Shown here piece by piece: positions 38,528 to 48,017 of a stretch of 64,000 nucleotides of DNA (positions are counted from its first letter, which is position 1; each line of letters begins with the position of its first letter). The DNA lies in contig CAVWBU010000015.1 in NCBI GenBank assembly GCA_963753345.1, forward strand, positions 96,001 to 160,000, written 5' to 3'. The notes below the pieces were generated by a model that saw only the letters and a program-made list of their open reading frames with translations, was not told the DNA's origin and did not search any database. The position numbers and the translations under genes were made by a program. The DNA comes from an uncultured Fibrobacterota bacterium (GTDB lineage Bacteria > Fibrobacterota > Chitinivibrionia > Chitinivibrionales > FEN-1185).

Positions 38528-39397
38528 TTAAGGAATTACTTTATTCACCGGATACTCAACAATTCCGGTCGCGCCGGCGCGCTTGAGCAGGGGAATGATC
38601 TTCTTGATCTCGTCCACGCGGATCACGGTCTCCACGGCGCACCATTTCGCATCCGACAAGTTCGAAACCGTGGGGTTGTGCAGGGCGGGAAGAACCGTAA
38701 GCACGCGGCTGAGAGCCGATTTCTGGACGTTGCACTTGAGACCGGCGTAGTTTTCCGCGTTGAGTGTGCCCTGAAGCAGGATGGTGATATTTTCCAGCTT
38801 CCGCCGCTTCGCCTCGTTTTCCCATGAGCTTTTGTTCGCGATGAGAATGGTCATGGTCTCCATGAGAACGTCGATCACGCGGAGGCGGTTGGCGCGCAGC
38901 GAGGAACCGGTTTCGGTGATGTCGACAATGGCGTCGACAAGACGCGGCGGCTTTACTTCCGTGGCGCCCCAGGAAAACTCGACGTCGACCGGGATTTTTT
39001 TCGCCCGGAAGTACCGTTTCGTGGTTGAAACCAGCTCGGTTGCAATGCGTTTGCCCTTGAGATCGGACGGTTTCCTGAAAGGCGAGTTTTCCGATACGGC
39101 AAGGACCCATTTGCACCGCTGGCGAGACGACTTGGAATACTCGAGCTCGCACACGCGCACCACTTTCGCATTGTTCTCAATTGTCCAGTCGAGGCCGGTA
39201 ATTCCCGCGTCCAGGATCCCCTGTTCCACGTAACGAGGTATCTCCTGCGGCCGCATGAGGATCAGGTCGAGCTCCGGGTCGTCGGACGCCGGGAAATATG
39301 ATCGCTCGTCGGCACGGATGTGAATGTCCGCCTTCTGGAACAGCTCGATGGTCGGGACTTGCAGGCTTCCCTTGGGGAGGCCGAGGGTGAGTTTCAT
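38528..39397 (-). CDS. hisG: ATP phosphoribosyltransferase (long form)
   Basis: [47 protein letters not shown]. Confidence 0.95.
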   Translation of the reverse strand: MKLTLGLPKGSLQVPTIELFQKADIHIRADERSYFPASDDPELDLILMRPQEIPRYVEQGILDAGITGLDWTIENNAKVVRVCELEYSKSSRQRCKWVLAVSENSPFRKPSDLKGKRIATELVSTTKRYFRAKKIPVDVEFSWGATEVKPPRLVDAIVDITETGSSLRANRLRVIDVLMETMTILIANKSSWENEAKRRKLENITILLQGTLNAENYAGLKCNVQKSALSRVLTVLPALHNPTVSNLSDAKWCAVETVIRVDEIKKIIPLLKRAGATGIVEYPVNKVIP

Positions 39398-39415
39398 AAC
39401 GAAATCCTTGAAAAA

Positions 39416-39509
39416 GTGAATGCGCGAATGCGTATATGCGTGGATGCGAGGGAGAATGAAAACTGACCGTGAACCTGCGTTTTCCGCATCAACGCATCTA
39501 CGCATACAC
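39416..39509. repeat. Inverted arrays of degenerate 8-mers (GTNNATGC x4 ... GCATNNAC x3)
   Basis: gtgaatgc gcgaatgc gtatatgc gtggatgc (39416-39447) versus gcatcaac gcatctac gcatacac (39486-39509). Confidence 0.75.
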
Positions 39510-39514
39510 GATTT

Positions 39515-40717
39515 TTATTTTCCCAATTGTTCCTTAAACGCCTTTGTCAGCGCCGGAAGAATTTCCAGGGCATCGCCCACGATGCCGAGATTGGCGATCT
39601 GAAAAATGTCGGCTGCCGGGTCTTTGTTGATGGCGATGATATAATCGGCCGACTGCATGCCCGCCATGTGCTGCACCGATCCGGAAATGCCGCACGCAAC
39701 GTACAGTTTCGGACACACGGTCTTTCCCGTTTGTCCAACCTGGTGGGAATAGGGGACCCAGCCGGCGTCGACTGCGGCGCGGCTTGCGCCGACCGCACCG
39801 CCAAGCACGGACGCGAGATCGAACAAAAGCTGCATGTTCTTCGGGTCCTGCATGCCGCGGCCTCCCGACACGATGATGTCGGCCTCGGTGATATTGACCG
39901 TTGAGGACGCTTCCTTCACAACATTCACAATAGTTGTTCGGATTGGAATGTCCGAATCCGCAACATCGACGACCGCGACTTCGCCGGTACGGCCATCGTC
40001 CTGCGCCGCCTGCTTCATTACCTTGTGCCGCACCGTTGCCATCTGCGGCCGGTGATGCGGGCAGACGATGGTCGCCATCAGGTTGCCGCCGAACGCAGGC
40101 CGCGTGCCCAAGAGCAGGCGCTTTTCCGCGTCCACTTCAAGCTTTGTGCAGTCGGCCGTGAGTCCGCCCCACACGCGCGCTGCCACTTTCGGGATAAAGG
40201 AGCGCCCGATCGCCGTGGCGCCTGCAAGCACAATGCCTGGTTTTTCCTTGTCGATATATTCCGCGAGGACCCGGCCGTAGCTGTCGTCGTGGAAATGCGC
40301 GAGCTTCGCAGCGTTGTAATACACCACACGGTCGGCGCCGAACTTGACAAGCGCGTTCGCCGCGAGGTGCATGTTGTTGCCGAGCAGCACGGCAACAAGC
40401 TTTTCACCGAGCCGGTCGGCCAGCTTTCTTCCTTCGCCAAGCATCTCGTACGACACACCCGCTATTGCGCCCTCGCGCTGCTCAACGAATACGGCCACGT
40501 TCTTGTATGCCGAAACGTCAACCGCCCGTGCCGATGCATCTTTCGCAATAGTAATGGCCTGATACTTCTTGCACGCTTCGACGCAGGCAGCGCAAAGGTT
40601 GCACGTTGCCTCGTCGATCACGGCTTTCTTGCCGGCAATCGTGATCGCGTTCTGACTGCATGCACGCACGCACAGCGAGCACCCGATGCATTTTTCAAGA
40701 TCGACTCTTATGCCCAT
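39515..40717 (-). CDS. etfA: Electron transfer flavoprotein alpha subunit with N-terminal ferredoxin domain
   Basis: CIGCSLCVRAC, CNLCAACVEAC, GLTADCT, RPAFGGN, QVGQTGKTV, GISGSVQH. Confidence 0.95.
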   Translation of the reverse strand: MGIRVDLEKCIGCSLCVRACSQNAITIAGKKAVIDEATCNLCAACVEACKKYQAITIAKDASARAVDVSAYKNVAVFVEQREGAIAGVSYEMLGEGRKLADRLGEKLVAVLLGNNMHLAANALVKFGADRVVYYNAAKLAHFHDDSYGRVLAEYIDKEKPGIVLAGATAIGRSFIPKVAARVWGGLTADCTKLEVDAEKRLLLGTRPAFGGNLMATIVCPHHRPQMATVRHKVMKQAAQDDGRTGEVAVVDVADSDIPIRTTIVNVVKEASSTVNITEADIIVSGGRGMQDPKNMQLLFDLASVLGGAVGASRAAVDAGWVPYSHQVGQTGKTVCPKLYVACGISGSVQHMAGMQSADYIIAINKDPAADIFQIANLGIVGDALEILPALTKAFKEQLGK

Positions 40718-40731
40718 CGGTCAAGGTTCCT

Positions 40732-41523
40732 TTACCGTAGTACGCCGAGATCGAGAATGACAGACTTGATCTTGTTAACCATAGCTGCAGTTTCTCCGCT
40801 CACTTTTTCGCCGCCGCTCTTTCGCTGCGGGACAAACGACCGCAGCACCTGCGTGGGGCTGCCCTTGAGACCGATTTTCTCTCCATCGGGCTTGAGGGAT
40901 TCGGCGTTAAGCACGGTCACCGCGGCTTTCTTTGCCCGCATCTTGCCTTTAAGCGAGGCCATGCGCGGTACGTTGATCTCCTTGACAACCGTGATAAGGC
41001 CTGGCAGCGGCATCTCAACGATCTCATAGCCGTCTTCCATCATCCGTTCAATACGTATTGTCGACTCCGAAATTTGCTCGACTCTTCTCACCCATGCGAC
41101 AAACGGGATCCCGAGCATCTCCGCGACGCCCGGTCCCACCTGGGCCGTGTCGCCGTCGATCGCCTGCTTTCCGCAGATGATGAGATCGATTTTACCGAGG
41201 GTCTTTATTGCCGTGGAAAGCGTGTATGATGTCGCCCAGGTGTCGGAACCGGCAAAGGCGCGGTCGGTCACCAGATACGCCTCGTCGGCGCCTAGCGCGA
41301 TCGCGCTCTTGAGCGCCTCTTCCGCCTGCGGCGGGCCCATGGAGATCACCTTGACCGTTGCGCTGCCGAGCCGCTCCCTGATGCGCAGCGCTTCTTCAAT
41401 CGCGTATTCGTCGAACGGATTCACCACGGCCTCAACCCCGTCGCGTATGAGCGTGCCGGTGTCCGGATTGATCTTTACCTGCGTGGTGCCGGGCACCTGC
41501 TTGATGCAAACGACGATATTCAC
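40732..41523 (-). CDS. etfB: Electron transfer flavoprotein beta subunit
   Basis: VCIKQVP, NPFDEYAIEEA, GKQAIDGDTAQVG. Confidence 0.96.
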   Translation of the reverse strand: MNIVVCIKQVPGTTQVKINPDTGTLIRDGVEAVVNPFDEYAIEEALRIRERLGSATVKVISMGPPQAEEALKSAIALGADEAYLVTDRAFAGSDTWATSYTLSTAIKTLGKIDLIICGKQAIDGDTAQVGPGVAEMLGIPFVAWVRRVEQISESTIRIERMMEDGYEIVEMPLPGLITVVKEINVPRMASLKGKMRAKKAAVTVLNAESLKPDGEKIGLKGSPTQVLRSFVPQRKSGGEKVSGETAAMVNKIKSVILDLGVLR

Positions 41524-41657
41524 GAAGATTGCTCCCCGACTTGCTATTTACAGATAATAATCATTCGGGCTGATGAAACAAACGTCAAAAATACTTGATG
41601 AGGGGATGAGAGGCAATGGCGGGTATGGTGAATTGCTTATTTGCTGTTTGGAACAAT

Positions 41658-42101
41658 TTATTTCACGTATAGCATTTCCTTCTTTCGCATCTTCTTTCTG
41701 TCCTTCTCCGTCTCGTGATCGTATCCCAGCAGATGAAACATTCCATGCACGAACAGCCGCTGCACTTCATTCGCATAGGTCACCTTGTATTCTTTTGCCT
41801 GTGCCACGGCCCTTTGCAAGGAAATGTAAATTTCGCCGAGCAGATCGGATTCGTCGTAGTTGAAGGACATCACGTCCGTGGCGCGGTCCTTGTGGCGGAA
41901 CATTGCGTTGAGCTTTTTGATGGCCCGGTCGGAACAGAGGATGACATGGGTCTTTTGAGTGAAAGAGATATGTTCGCGATTGCAAATGAGGCGAGCCGTG
42001 CTGATGATTGCATTCCTCGGGCAGGGGAGTGAGTCACACGCATGGAAAATGGCCACGGGATTGTGCAAGGCTCGTTTTCGTGATTTGATTTGTTGAGTCA
42101 T
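41658..42101 (-). CDS. ybeY: rRNA maturation RNase YbeY
   Basis: TDVMSF, LGEIYIS, HGMFHLLGYDH; start uncertain. Confidence 0.92.
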   Translation of the reverse strand: MTQQIKSRKRALHNPVAIFHACDSLPCPRNAIISTARLICNREHISFTQKTHVILCSDRAIKKLNAMFRHKDRATDVMSFNYDESDLLGEIYISLQRAVAQAKEYKVTYANEVQRLFVHGMFHLLGYDHETEKDRKKMRKKEMLYVK

Positions 42102-42221
42102 GAAGACGGGTCTCTTTGATATTGGATAGGTATGAATATACGTCACATTATTGGTGTTCTTCTAGCCTGATCCCATGCATTTCAACGGCGTTCCTCCTTC
42201 ATACGAGACTTTTTTCAACTA

Positions 42222-42338
42222 TCGCTCGTGGGTGCCGCCACAACAATGCATGGTCTTGCAGCTACTTTGTCAAGGCGGTCACCCTGGAGGGGGTAGCGGA
42301 GGACCGCAGGGCCGGAGCGAGGGGGAAACTTCCCCCGC
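42222..42338 (-). repeat. Structured intergenic element, copy E9 (module A only)
   Basis: Reverse complement GGGGGAAGTTTCCCCCTCGCTCCGGCCCTGCGGTCCTCCGCTACCCCCTCC...GGCGGCACCCACG. Confidence 0.88.
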
Positions 42339-42467
42339 TTAAAAGTGTTTTCTATCATTGGCAAAAATCATTAGCGGATTCACAAACGTACACACCGAAC
42401 CGCCCCGGCCAAACGGCTAAATAGTATTTTGATTCCACAAACATTCTCATCGGAGCAGGTTAGCTCA

Positions 42468-43736
42468 ATGATCCGTTCCTCAAAATCAAGAATTCTTCTC
42501 CTTACGTCGCTCATTATTTTATATAGTGGTCTCAATTGTTTTTCCATGCTCCTGGTCCCCATGGACGATTCGCAGACCGACCACCTCAAGGCCTACGGCC
42601 TCGCGTACAAGATGCTCAAAGCCGGCGCAAAGGTGTACTGGCTGCTCAATTACAAATGCGGCTCGTTTGCAACCGACGATTCACGAGAGTTCGAACTCAA
42701 GGCCCGGCTTGACGGGGTGGAAATCACGCACATCTCCACACAGGAGTGGGCCGGTATCCTCGAAGTGATCGAAAACAGCAACATGGAGCGCGTGACCCTC
42801 GAAAAGGCGCCGCGCATCGCGGTGTACTCGCCGCCCACCGAGAAGCCGTGGGACGATGCCGTGGTCCTTGCGCTCACCTATGCAGATATCCCGTTCGACA
42901 AGGTGTACGACAAGGAGGTGGTGGCGGGCAAACTTTCCGAGTACGACTGGCTGCACCTGCACCACGAGGACTTTACCGGGCAGTACAGCAAGTTCTACTC
43001 CCATCATAACGAGCCGTGGTACCAGGAAATGAAGATGGAACTCGAGAAAACCGCCAAGGAGCTCGGGTTCAAGAAGGTGACCGACTGCAAAAAGGCCGTG
43101 GCGCTGGCCATACGGAACTATGTCCAGAAGGGCGGTTTTCTTTTTGCCATGTGCTGCGCCACCAACACGCTTGACATCGCGCTCGCCGCGCTGGGGACCG
43201 ATATCGTGGACGCGGTGTTCGACGGCGACGGCGTCGACCCGAACTATGCGGCCAAGCTCAATTACGGCAATTGCCTGGCGTTCGAGAACTTCACGATCCA
43301 GACAAGCCCCTACGAATTCTATTTCGACAACATCGACGTCAACCGGGTCAACACGGCTATGCGGCTGCCAGCTCTCGATTTCACGCTGTTCGATTTCAGC
43401 GCGAAGCTCGATCCGGTGCCGTCCATGCTCGTGCAGGACCATCGGCAAACGATAAAAGGCTATACCGGCGTGTGCACGTCGTTCAACCGCAAGGTGATCA
43501 AAAAGAGCATCGTGGTGCTTGGGAGCGTGCCCGGCACCGACTGCGTCAACTATCTCCACGGCGTGCTCGGCAAGGGCCAGTTCGCGTTTCTCGGCGGACA
43601 CGACCCGGAAGCCTACGAACACGCAATTCACGATCCGCCCACCGACCTGCGCCTCCACAGGACTTCGCCGGGATACCGGCTTATTCTCAATAACGTCCTG
43701 TTTCCGGCGGCGGAGAAAAAAGAGAAGAAGACATAG
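42468..43736 (+). CDS. Conserved hypothetical secreted protein (FCB-group family often labelled 'asparagine synthetase B'; function unverified)
   Basis: PMDDSQTDHLKAYG, PWDDAV, DWLHLHHEDFTGQY, GGHDPE, PGYRLILNNVLFPAA. Confidence 0.7.
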   Translation: MIRSSKSRILLLTSLIILYSGLNCFSMLLVPMDDSQTDHLKAYGLAYKMLKAGAKVYWLLNYKCGSFATDDSREFELKARLDGVEITHISTQEWAGILEVIENSNMERVTLEKAPRIAVYSPPTEKPWDDAVVLALTYADIPFDKVYDKEVVAGKLSEYDWLHLHHEDFTGQYSKFYSHHNEPWYQEMKMELEKTAKELGFKKVTDCKKAVALAIRNYVQKGGFLFAMCCATNTLDIALAALGTDIVDAVFDGDGVDPNYAAKLNYGNCLAFENFTIQTSPYEFYFDNIDVNRVNTAMRLPALDFTLFDFSAKLDPVPSMLVQDHRQTIKGYTGVCTSFNRKVIKKSIVVLGSVPGTDCVNYLHGVLGKGQFAFLGGHDPEAYEHAIHDPPTDLRLHRTSPGYRLILNNVLFPAAEKKEKKT

Positions 43737-43793
43737 TTTGAAAATGCCGTAAAGGATCGGAAAGTCCGAGAGTCCAAAGGCCGGGGTGAACTG

Positions 43794-45107
43794 ATGGCTC
43801 GTTTCAAGTGGTTGACGGACGCAAAACGGCGCGCCGTGGCGGGCTGGTGCATGTACGACTGGGCGAATTCAGCGTTCGCCGTGGTGGTGCTCACCGCATT
43901 TTTTCCCTATCTGTTCAAAACGTTTTGGGACAGCGGCGCCGACGCGGCCCTCAACACAGCGCGTCTCGGCATGGGAGATTCGATCTCAGGGCTGTTGGTG
44001 GCGTTCCTGTCGCCGTTGCTGGGCGCCCTGGCGGATGCCGGAAGGGCTAAGAAGAAATTTCTGTTGTTCTTCATGACGCTCGGGACACTAATGACCGGTG
44101 CGATATTTTTTGCGGGCGCCGGAGCATGGGTGGCGGCGATCGGCCTTTTTATCGCGGCAAATATCGGGTTCGCGTGCGGGAATCTTTTTTACGATTCACT
44201 TCTTGTCGACGTTGCCCCTCGGACCGAAATGGACTACGTCTCCTCGCTCGGATATGCCACGGGCTATGTCGGCGGCGGACTTCTTTTTCTCATGGACATC
44301 ATTCTCGTCACGTTCTGGAAACGCGCCGGTTTCGCAAACCAGGTCGACGCGGCAAGGACCGGATTTATACTGGTGGCGGTATGGTGGCTGATATTTTCGT
44401 TGCCACTTCTCATGTTTGTCAAGGAGCAGGGAGCCTCTTCCCGGGGTAGTCCCGTTTCCGTGATTGCCGCCGGGATACAAAGGCTGTGGAACACGTTCCG
44501 AAAAATTCTCGGCAACCGTCTCTTGATCATTTTCATCATCGCGTTCTGGCTGTACATGGACGGCGTATATACCGTGATCACCATGTCGGTCAATTTTGGT
44601 TTGTCAATTGGAATCTCATCTCAGATTCTGATGCTAACCATTCTCCTTGTGCAGTTCGTCGCCTTCCCGGCCGCCATCGGTTTTGGTCGCCTCGCACGCG
44701 CCATTGGGGGCGGAACGGCGATTCTTGCTGGCATTGCCATCTACATCGTCGTGTGCGCCGTCGGCTTCTTCGTGCTCCGCAATGCGGCGCAGTTTGTGGT
44801 ACTTGCCTGTCTTGTGGGAATGGTCCAGGGAGGCGTGCAGGCCCTGAGCAGGTCCTATTTTGCAAAAATCGTTCCTGCGGAGGATGCAGCGGAGTACTTC
44901 GGTTTTCTCAACCTGATCAGCAGGTTTTCCATCGTTCTGGGCCCCGTGCTGGTCGGCGTGACAACACTTTTCTGCCGCAGGATGGGCGCGGGGAATGTTC
45001 TGTCTCAACGGCTGGGCATGTCGTCGATCACGGTCCTGTTTGCCGCCGGAGGGTTTCTCTTGCTGCTTGCGGAACAGGAACGAAGGCGCAGGAGCGCGGT
45101 CGCATGA
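43794..45107 (+). CDS. MFS transporter (UMF1-like)
   Basis: WCMYDWANSAF, FYDSLL, GGVQALSRS, EYFGF; many hydrophobic helices. Confidence 0.88.
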   Translation: MARFKWLTDAKRRAVAGWCMYDWANSAFAVVVLTAFFPYLFKTFWDSGADAALNTARLGMGDSISGLLVAFLSPLLGALADAGRAKKKFLLFFMTLGTLMTGAIFFAGAGAWVAAIGLFIAANIGFACGNLFYDSLLVDVAPRTEMDYVSSLGYATGYVGGGLLFLMDIILVTFWKRAGFANQVDAARTGFILVAVWWLIFSLPLLMFVKEQGASSRGSPVSVIAAGIQRLWNTFRKILGNRLLIIFIIAFWLYMDGVYTVITMSVNFGLSIGISSQILMLTILLVQFVAFPAAIGFGRLARAIGGGTAILAGIAIYIVVCAVGFFVLRNAAQFVVLACLVGMVQGGVQALSRSYFAKIVPAEDAAEYFGFLNLISRFSIVLGPVLVGVTTLFCRRMGAGNVLSQRLGMSSITVLFAAGGFLLLLAEQERRRRSAVA

Positions 45108-45724
45108 AGCGTAACGACGCCAGCGGCATCGAGACCAATTTCGAGGTCCGCTCGCTGGACGCGAAGATCCCGCTGGAAGAGTATAGCCGCCTTCCCAAGA
45201 ATCCGCTGTATATTATTCTTGACAATCTGCGAAGCGCATTTAATGTTGGCGCAATTTTCAGGCTCTGCGACGTGATGCGCGTCCAGGGCCTTTTCCTGTG
45301 CGGGTACACGGCGTGCCCGCCTCATTGCAAATTGGCGAAAACCTCGCTGGGCACCATCGACTACGTTCCCTGGAGAAAGTTCGAGAGCGCGGAACAGGCC
45401 GTGTTTTTCCTCAAAGAACGCGGGATTCCCGTGTGGGCTGCGGAGACGACTTCCCAATCGAAACCCTACGACGCCGTTGTCTACCCGGTCCGGCTCGGCG
45501 TGGTGTTCGGGAACGAGGCGCTCGGAGTGGAAAGGAAAGTGCTTGATTTATGCGATGAGATCGTGGAAATACCGGTGTACGGGTTCAAGAACTCGCTCAA
45601 CGTGGCGAGCTCATGCGCGGTGATTGGATGCCGGATACTTGCGGAAATGCGAAACAAAAATCACCCCGCCGGGAGCGGCGCGGTGATTTTCCGTAAGGGC
45701 ACGGAGCAGAAGGGTCAGTTGTAA
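45104..45724 (+). CDS. TrmH/SpoU family RNA methyltransferase
   Basis: LDNLRSAFNVGAIFR, FGNEALG, EIP..GFKNSLNVA; ATGA overlap with MFS stop. Confidence 0.9.
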   Translation: MKRNDASGIETNFEVRSLDAKIPLEEYSRLPKNPLYIILDNLRSAFNVGAIFRLCDVMRVQGLFLCGYTACPPHCKLAKTSLGTIDYVPWRKFESAEQAVFFLKERGIPVWAAETTSQSKPYDAVVYPVRLGVVFGNEALGVERKVLDLCDEIVEIPVYGFKNSLNVASSCAVIGCRILAEMRNKNHPAGSGAVIFRKGTEQKGQL

Positions 45725-45933
45725 TTCCGCGGCGGGCGGAACGAGAAGCGTTTCTCGTCGCGGACCTTTTTCCTGCGCGACGCATTCATCTTTCTCTTTC
45801 GTTCCTCGCTCGGTTTCTCGTAGTGACGGTATTTCTTGATGTCGGAAAGAATGCCTGCACGCTCGCAGGTCTTTGTAAAGCGGCGAAGCGCCTTTTCAAA
45901 TGGCTCGTCTTCTTTGAGAATAATGCCGTTCAT
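45715..45933 (-). CDS. rpsU: 30S ribosomal protein S21
   Basis: EPFEKALRRF, HYEKPSEERKRK. Confidence 0.93.
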   Translation of the reverse strand: MNGIILKEDEPFEKALRRFTKTCERAGILSDIKKYRHYEKPSEERKRKMNASRRKKVRDEKRFSFRPPRNYN

Positions 45934-46020
45934 GACTTCATCACCTGCTTTCCTCGTGAAGATTTTTCCCACAACAAAAATAAGTTCCTCGTATACAAAT
46001 AGCAAGAGGAGACTTGACCA

Positions 46021-48006
46021 CTAGTCCAGCCCCCGTTTTCTGCGAAGGATCCACTCGACTGCCCACAGCCCGAAAATTGCGGTGAGAAGCACCCAGGTCT
46101 GCCGGACGTGAAAATACTGCGCAACGGTCAAGCGTTTCCCCTGCGGCCGGGCGGCAAAGGCCGAAAGAACCGTCCGTGCGTTTCCCGGCCGGAGCGGCGC
46201 GGCAATTTCGCCGAGAAGGAGCGCGTTCTGCGATTGGACGCACAGCTCCGGACTGGAAGCCCCGACGTACACCGTGTCCGAAAACGAACGCATGGCCCCG
46301 TTGACGGATGCGCCGCATGTAAAGGTATAGGTGCCCGCGTCAAGAGGCGGGAGCTTGACGACTGCCCGGTTCTCGGGATCCATGCCGGTAACGGCGAACC
46401 AGGAGTCGAAGCGGATTTTTCCGGACGACGCAACCGTAAACCGGACTCGCGGCGCGGCAGTGCCCGCGGAAAAGGATGAAGGGCCGAAAGCAGGGGGCAG
46501 CAGCACGGTAAAGGTGATGGAATCCCGCTCGAAAAGCTCCGCTTCCTTGGGGTAGGCGGCGAGGTTGTCCCGAAGGTTGGCCACGAGCCGCTGTTTCACA
46601 AAAGAAGTGAGACAGTTCAGCAGCGCCGGCGTCTCACGCTCCCTGGCAACCGAGAGTGGCAGGAAGTCGGAACGCCACAGCCCCCGCGCGAACACGGCGG
46701 CCGCGTCATGGCCCGCGAACGACCCGGCCGCCAGAAAAGGGATCGTGTCCGGCTGCCGGGCCGGGCCGCCCTCGCGTCTGACAAGAGCCCACAGCACGGT
46801 GCAGCGGTGTGCAGGAAACGCGGACAAGCAGGTCTGGACGCGAGAGGGAGGTGCGAGGTCCATGGCGGCGAATCTTGCGAAGAGGGTGTCGTAGGGATCG
46901 GCTGGCGCAAGAGAAAACGATACGGGAGTCGTTTCAACCCGGCTTGAGCAGGGGGCGGCGCCGAGGAGCATCACCACGCCGCGGGGGCCAAGATCGCGGA
47001 GTCGCTCGAACGCAGCGCTGGCGCAGTCAAACAGAAACAGCGCGTCGCAGCGACCGCCGTTCTGCGGCGCGAGGCTCCATTGGCCGTCTTCAGCAAGCGC
47101 ATTCGTGAGAAAGCGCCGGTCAAGAAGGGGCGAGGAGGAATACACGGCCGCAACGAACCGATGGGGAACAACCGTTTGGGAGAAGTACGGCACCGAGCGC
47201 AGCGTGTCTGCGGCGTTTTCGGTGAGCACCGAGTACACATGTCTGCCTTCGGGCCCGGGCGGCAGTTTCAGTACGACGGTGTCGGAAAAATATCCGGAAT
47301 CAACGGGAATTGATTTTCGCACTACGGGAACTCCGTGGCGCCTGCACGTCATAACAAGCGTGCGCCGCGCAGGCGCGAATCCCCGCGTTTCCACGGTGAC
47401 CGCGGAGGCCGAATCGAGCGCCATGCTTTCCGGCAGGCCAAGGATCTCCGTTTGAAGATACGGCCGGGGAGCAATTGCGGGCAGTTCCAAATAGCGGCAC
47501 GACTTGTCCCGCAGGCCGCCCTGGGGGAGCGAGACATTGGAAAAATTGCCGTCGGAAACGATCAGAATAAACGGCGCGTCGCGGAGTGCGGGATCGTTCG
47601 TCGAATCCGGAAGCGAACTTTGCAGATCGGAAAACCTGATTTCTCCCGGATTCCGGCAGACGCGAAGAGAGTCGCCGAAACAGTAGAATTGGAACCTGGG
47701 ACCGCCGGTGCCGGTGCGGCCGAGCGAGTCAAGGCTTCTGAGAAAGGGCAGGACCGCAACGTCGGGCCGAAACAGCTGCATGCTCATCGACGCATCCACG
47801 AGCACCGGAATCGTTTTCCCTTTGGTTTCCAGCTGTTCAAAGGTGATGACGGGTTCGAAGAATGCGAGCAGGAGCGTGGTGATCATCAGCGCACGGACCG
47901 CGAGAAAAAGAAACGCGGGAAGCCTGCCGCGGCGCCGGACGTAGAAGAATGCCGCAAGCACGGCGCCGGCGGCTACCAGACAAATTGCGAGCATCGAGAT
48001 GAGCAT
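46021..48006 (-). CDS. Hypothetical membrane-anchored protein, degenerate vWA-like
   Basis: N-terminal TM helices, VLVDASMSM, LIVSDGN, C-terminal EWILRRKRGL. Confidence 0.7.
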   Translation of the reverse strand: MLISMLAICLVAAGAVLAAFFYVRRRGRLPAFLFLAVRALMITTLLLAFFEPVITFEQLETKGKTIPVLVDASMSMQLFRPDVAVLPFLRSLDSLGRTGTGGPRFQFYCFGDSLRVCRNPGEIRFSDLQSSLPDSTNDPALRDAPFILIVSDGNFSNVSLPQGGLRDKSCRYLELPAIAPRPYLQTEILGLPESMALDSASAVTVETRGFAPARRTLVMTCRRHGVPVVRKSIPVDSGYFSDTVVLKLPPGPEGRHVYSVLTENAADTLRSVPYFSQTVVPHRFVAAVYSSSPLLDRRFLTNALAEDGQWSLAPQNGGRCDALFLFDCASAAFERLRDLGPRGVVMLLGAAPCSSRVETTPVSFSLAPADPYDTLFARFAAMDLAPPSRVQTCLSAFPAHRCTVLWALVRREGGPARQPDTIPFLAAGSFAGHDAAAVFARGLWRSDFLPLSVARERETPALLNCLTSFVKQRLVANLRDNLAAYPKEAELFERDSITFTVLLPPAFGPSSFSAGTAAPRVRFTVASSGKIRFDSWFAVTGMDPENRAVVKLPPLDAGTYTFTCGASVNGAMRSFSDTVYVGASSPELCVQSQNALLLGEIAAPLRPGNARTVLSAFAARPQGKRLTVAQYFHVRQTWVLLTAIFGLWAVEWILRRKRGLD

Positions 48007-48017
48007 GTGTGTCCCGG

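Noticed and set aside
39515-41523. etfBA without an adjacent dehydrogenase
   Set aside because: Unlinked ETF partners and ferredoxin-fused EtfA are common in anaerobes.
859-42338. A/B elements as tRNA, T-box, riboswitch, CRISPR array or group II intron
   Set aside because: No cloverleaf, T-box motif, regular repeat-spacer period, intron domain V or RT gene. Copies flank functionally unrelated genes and convergent spacers.
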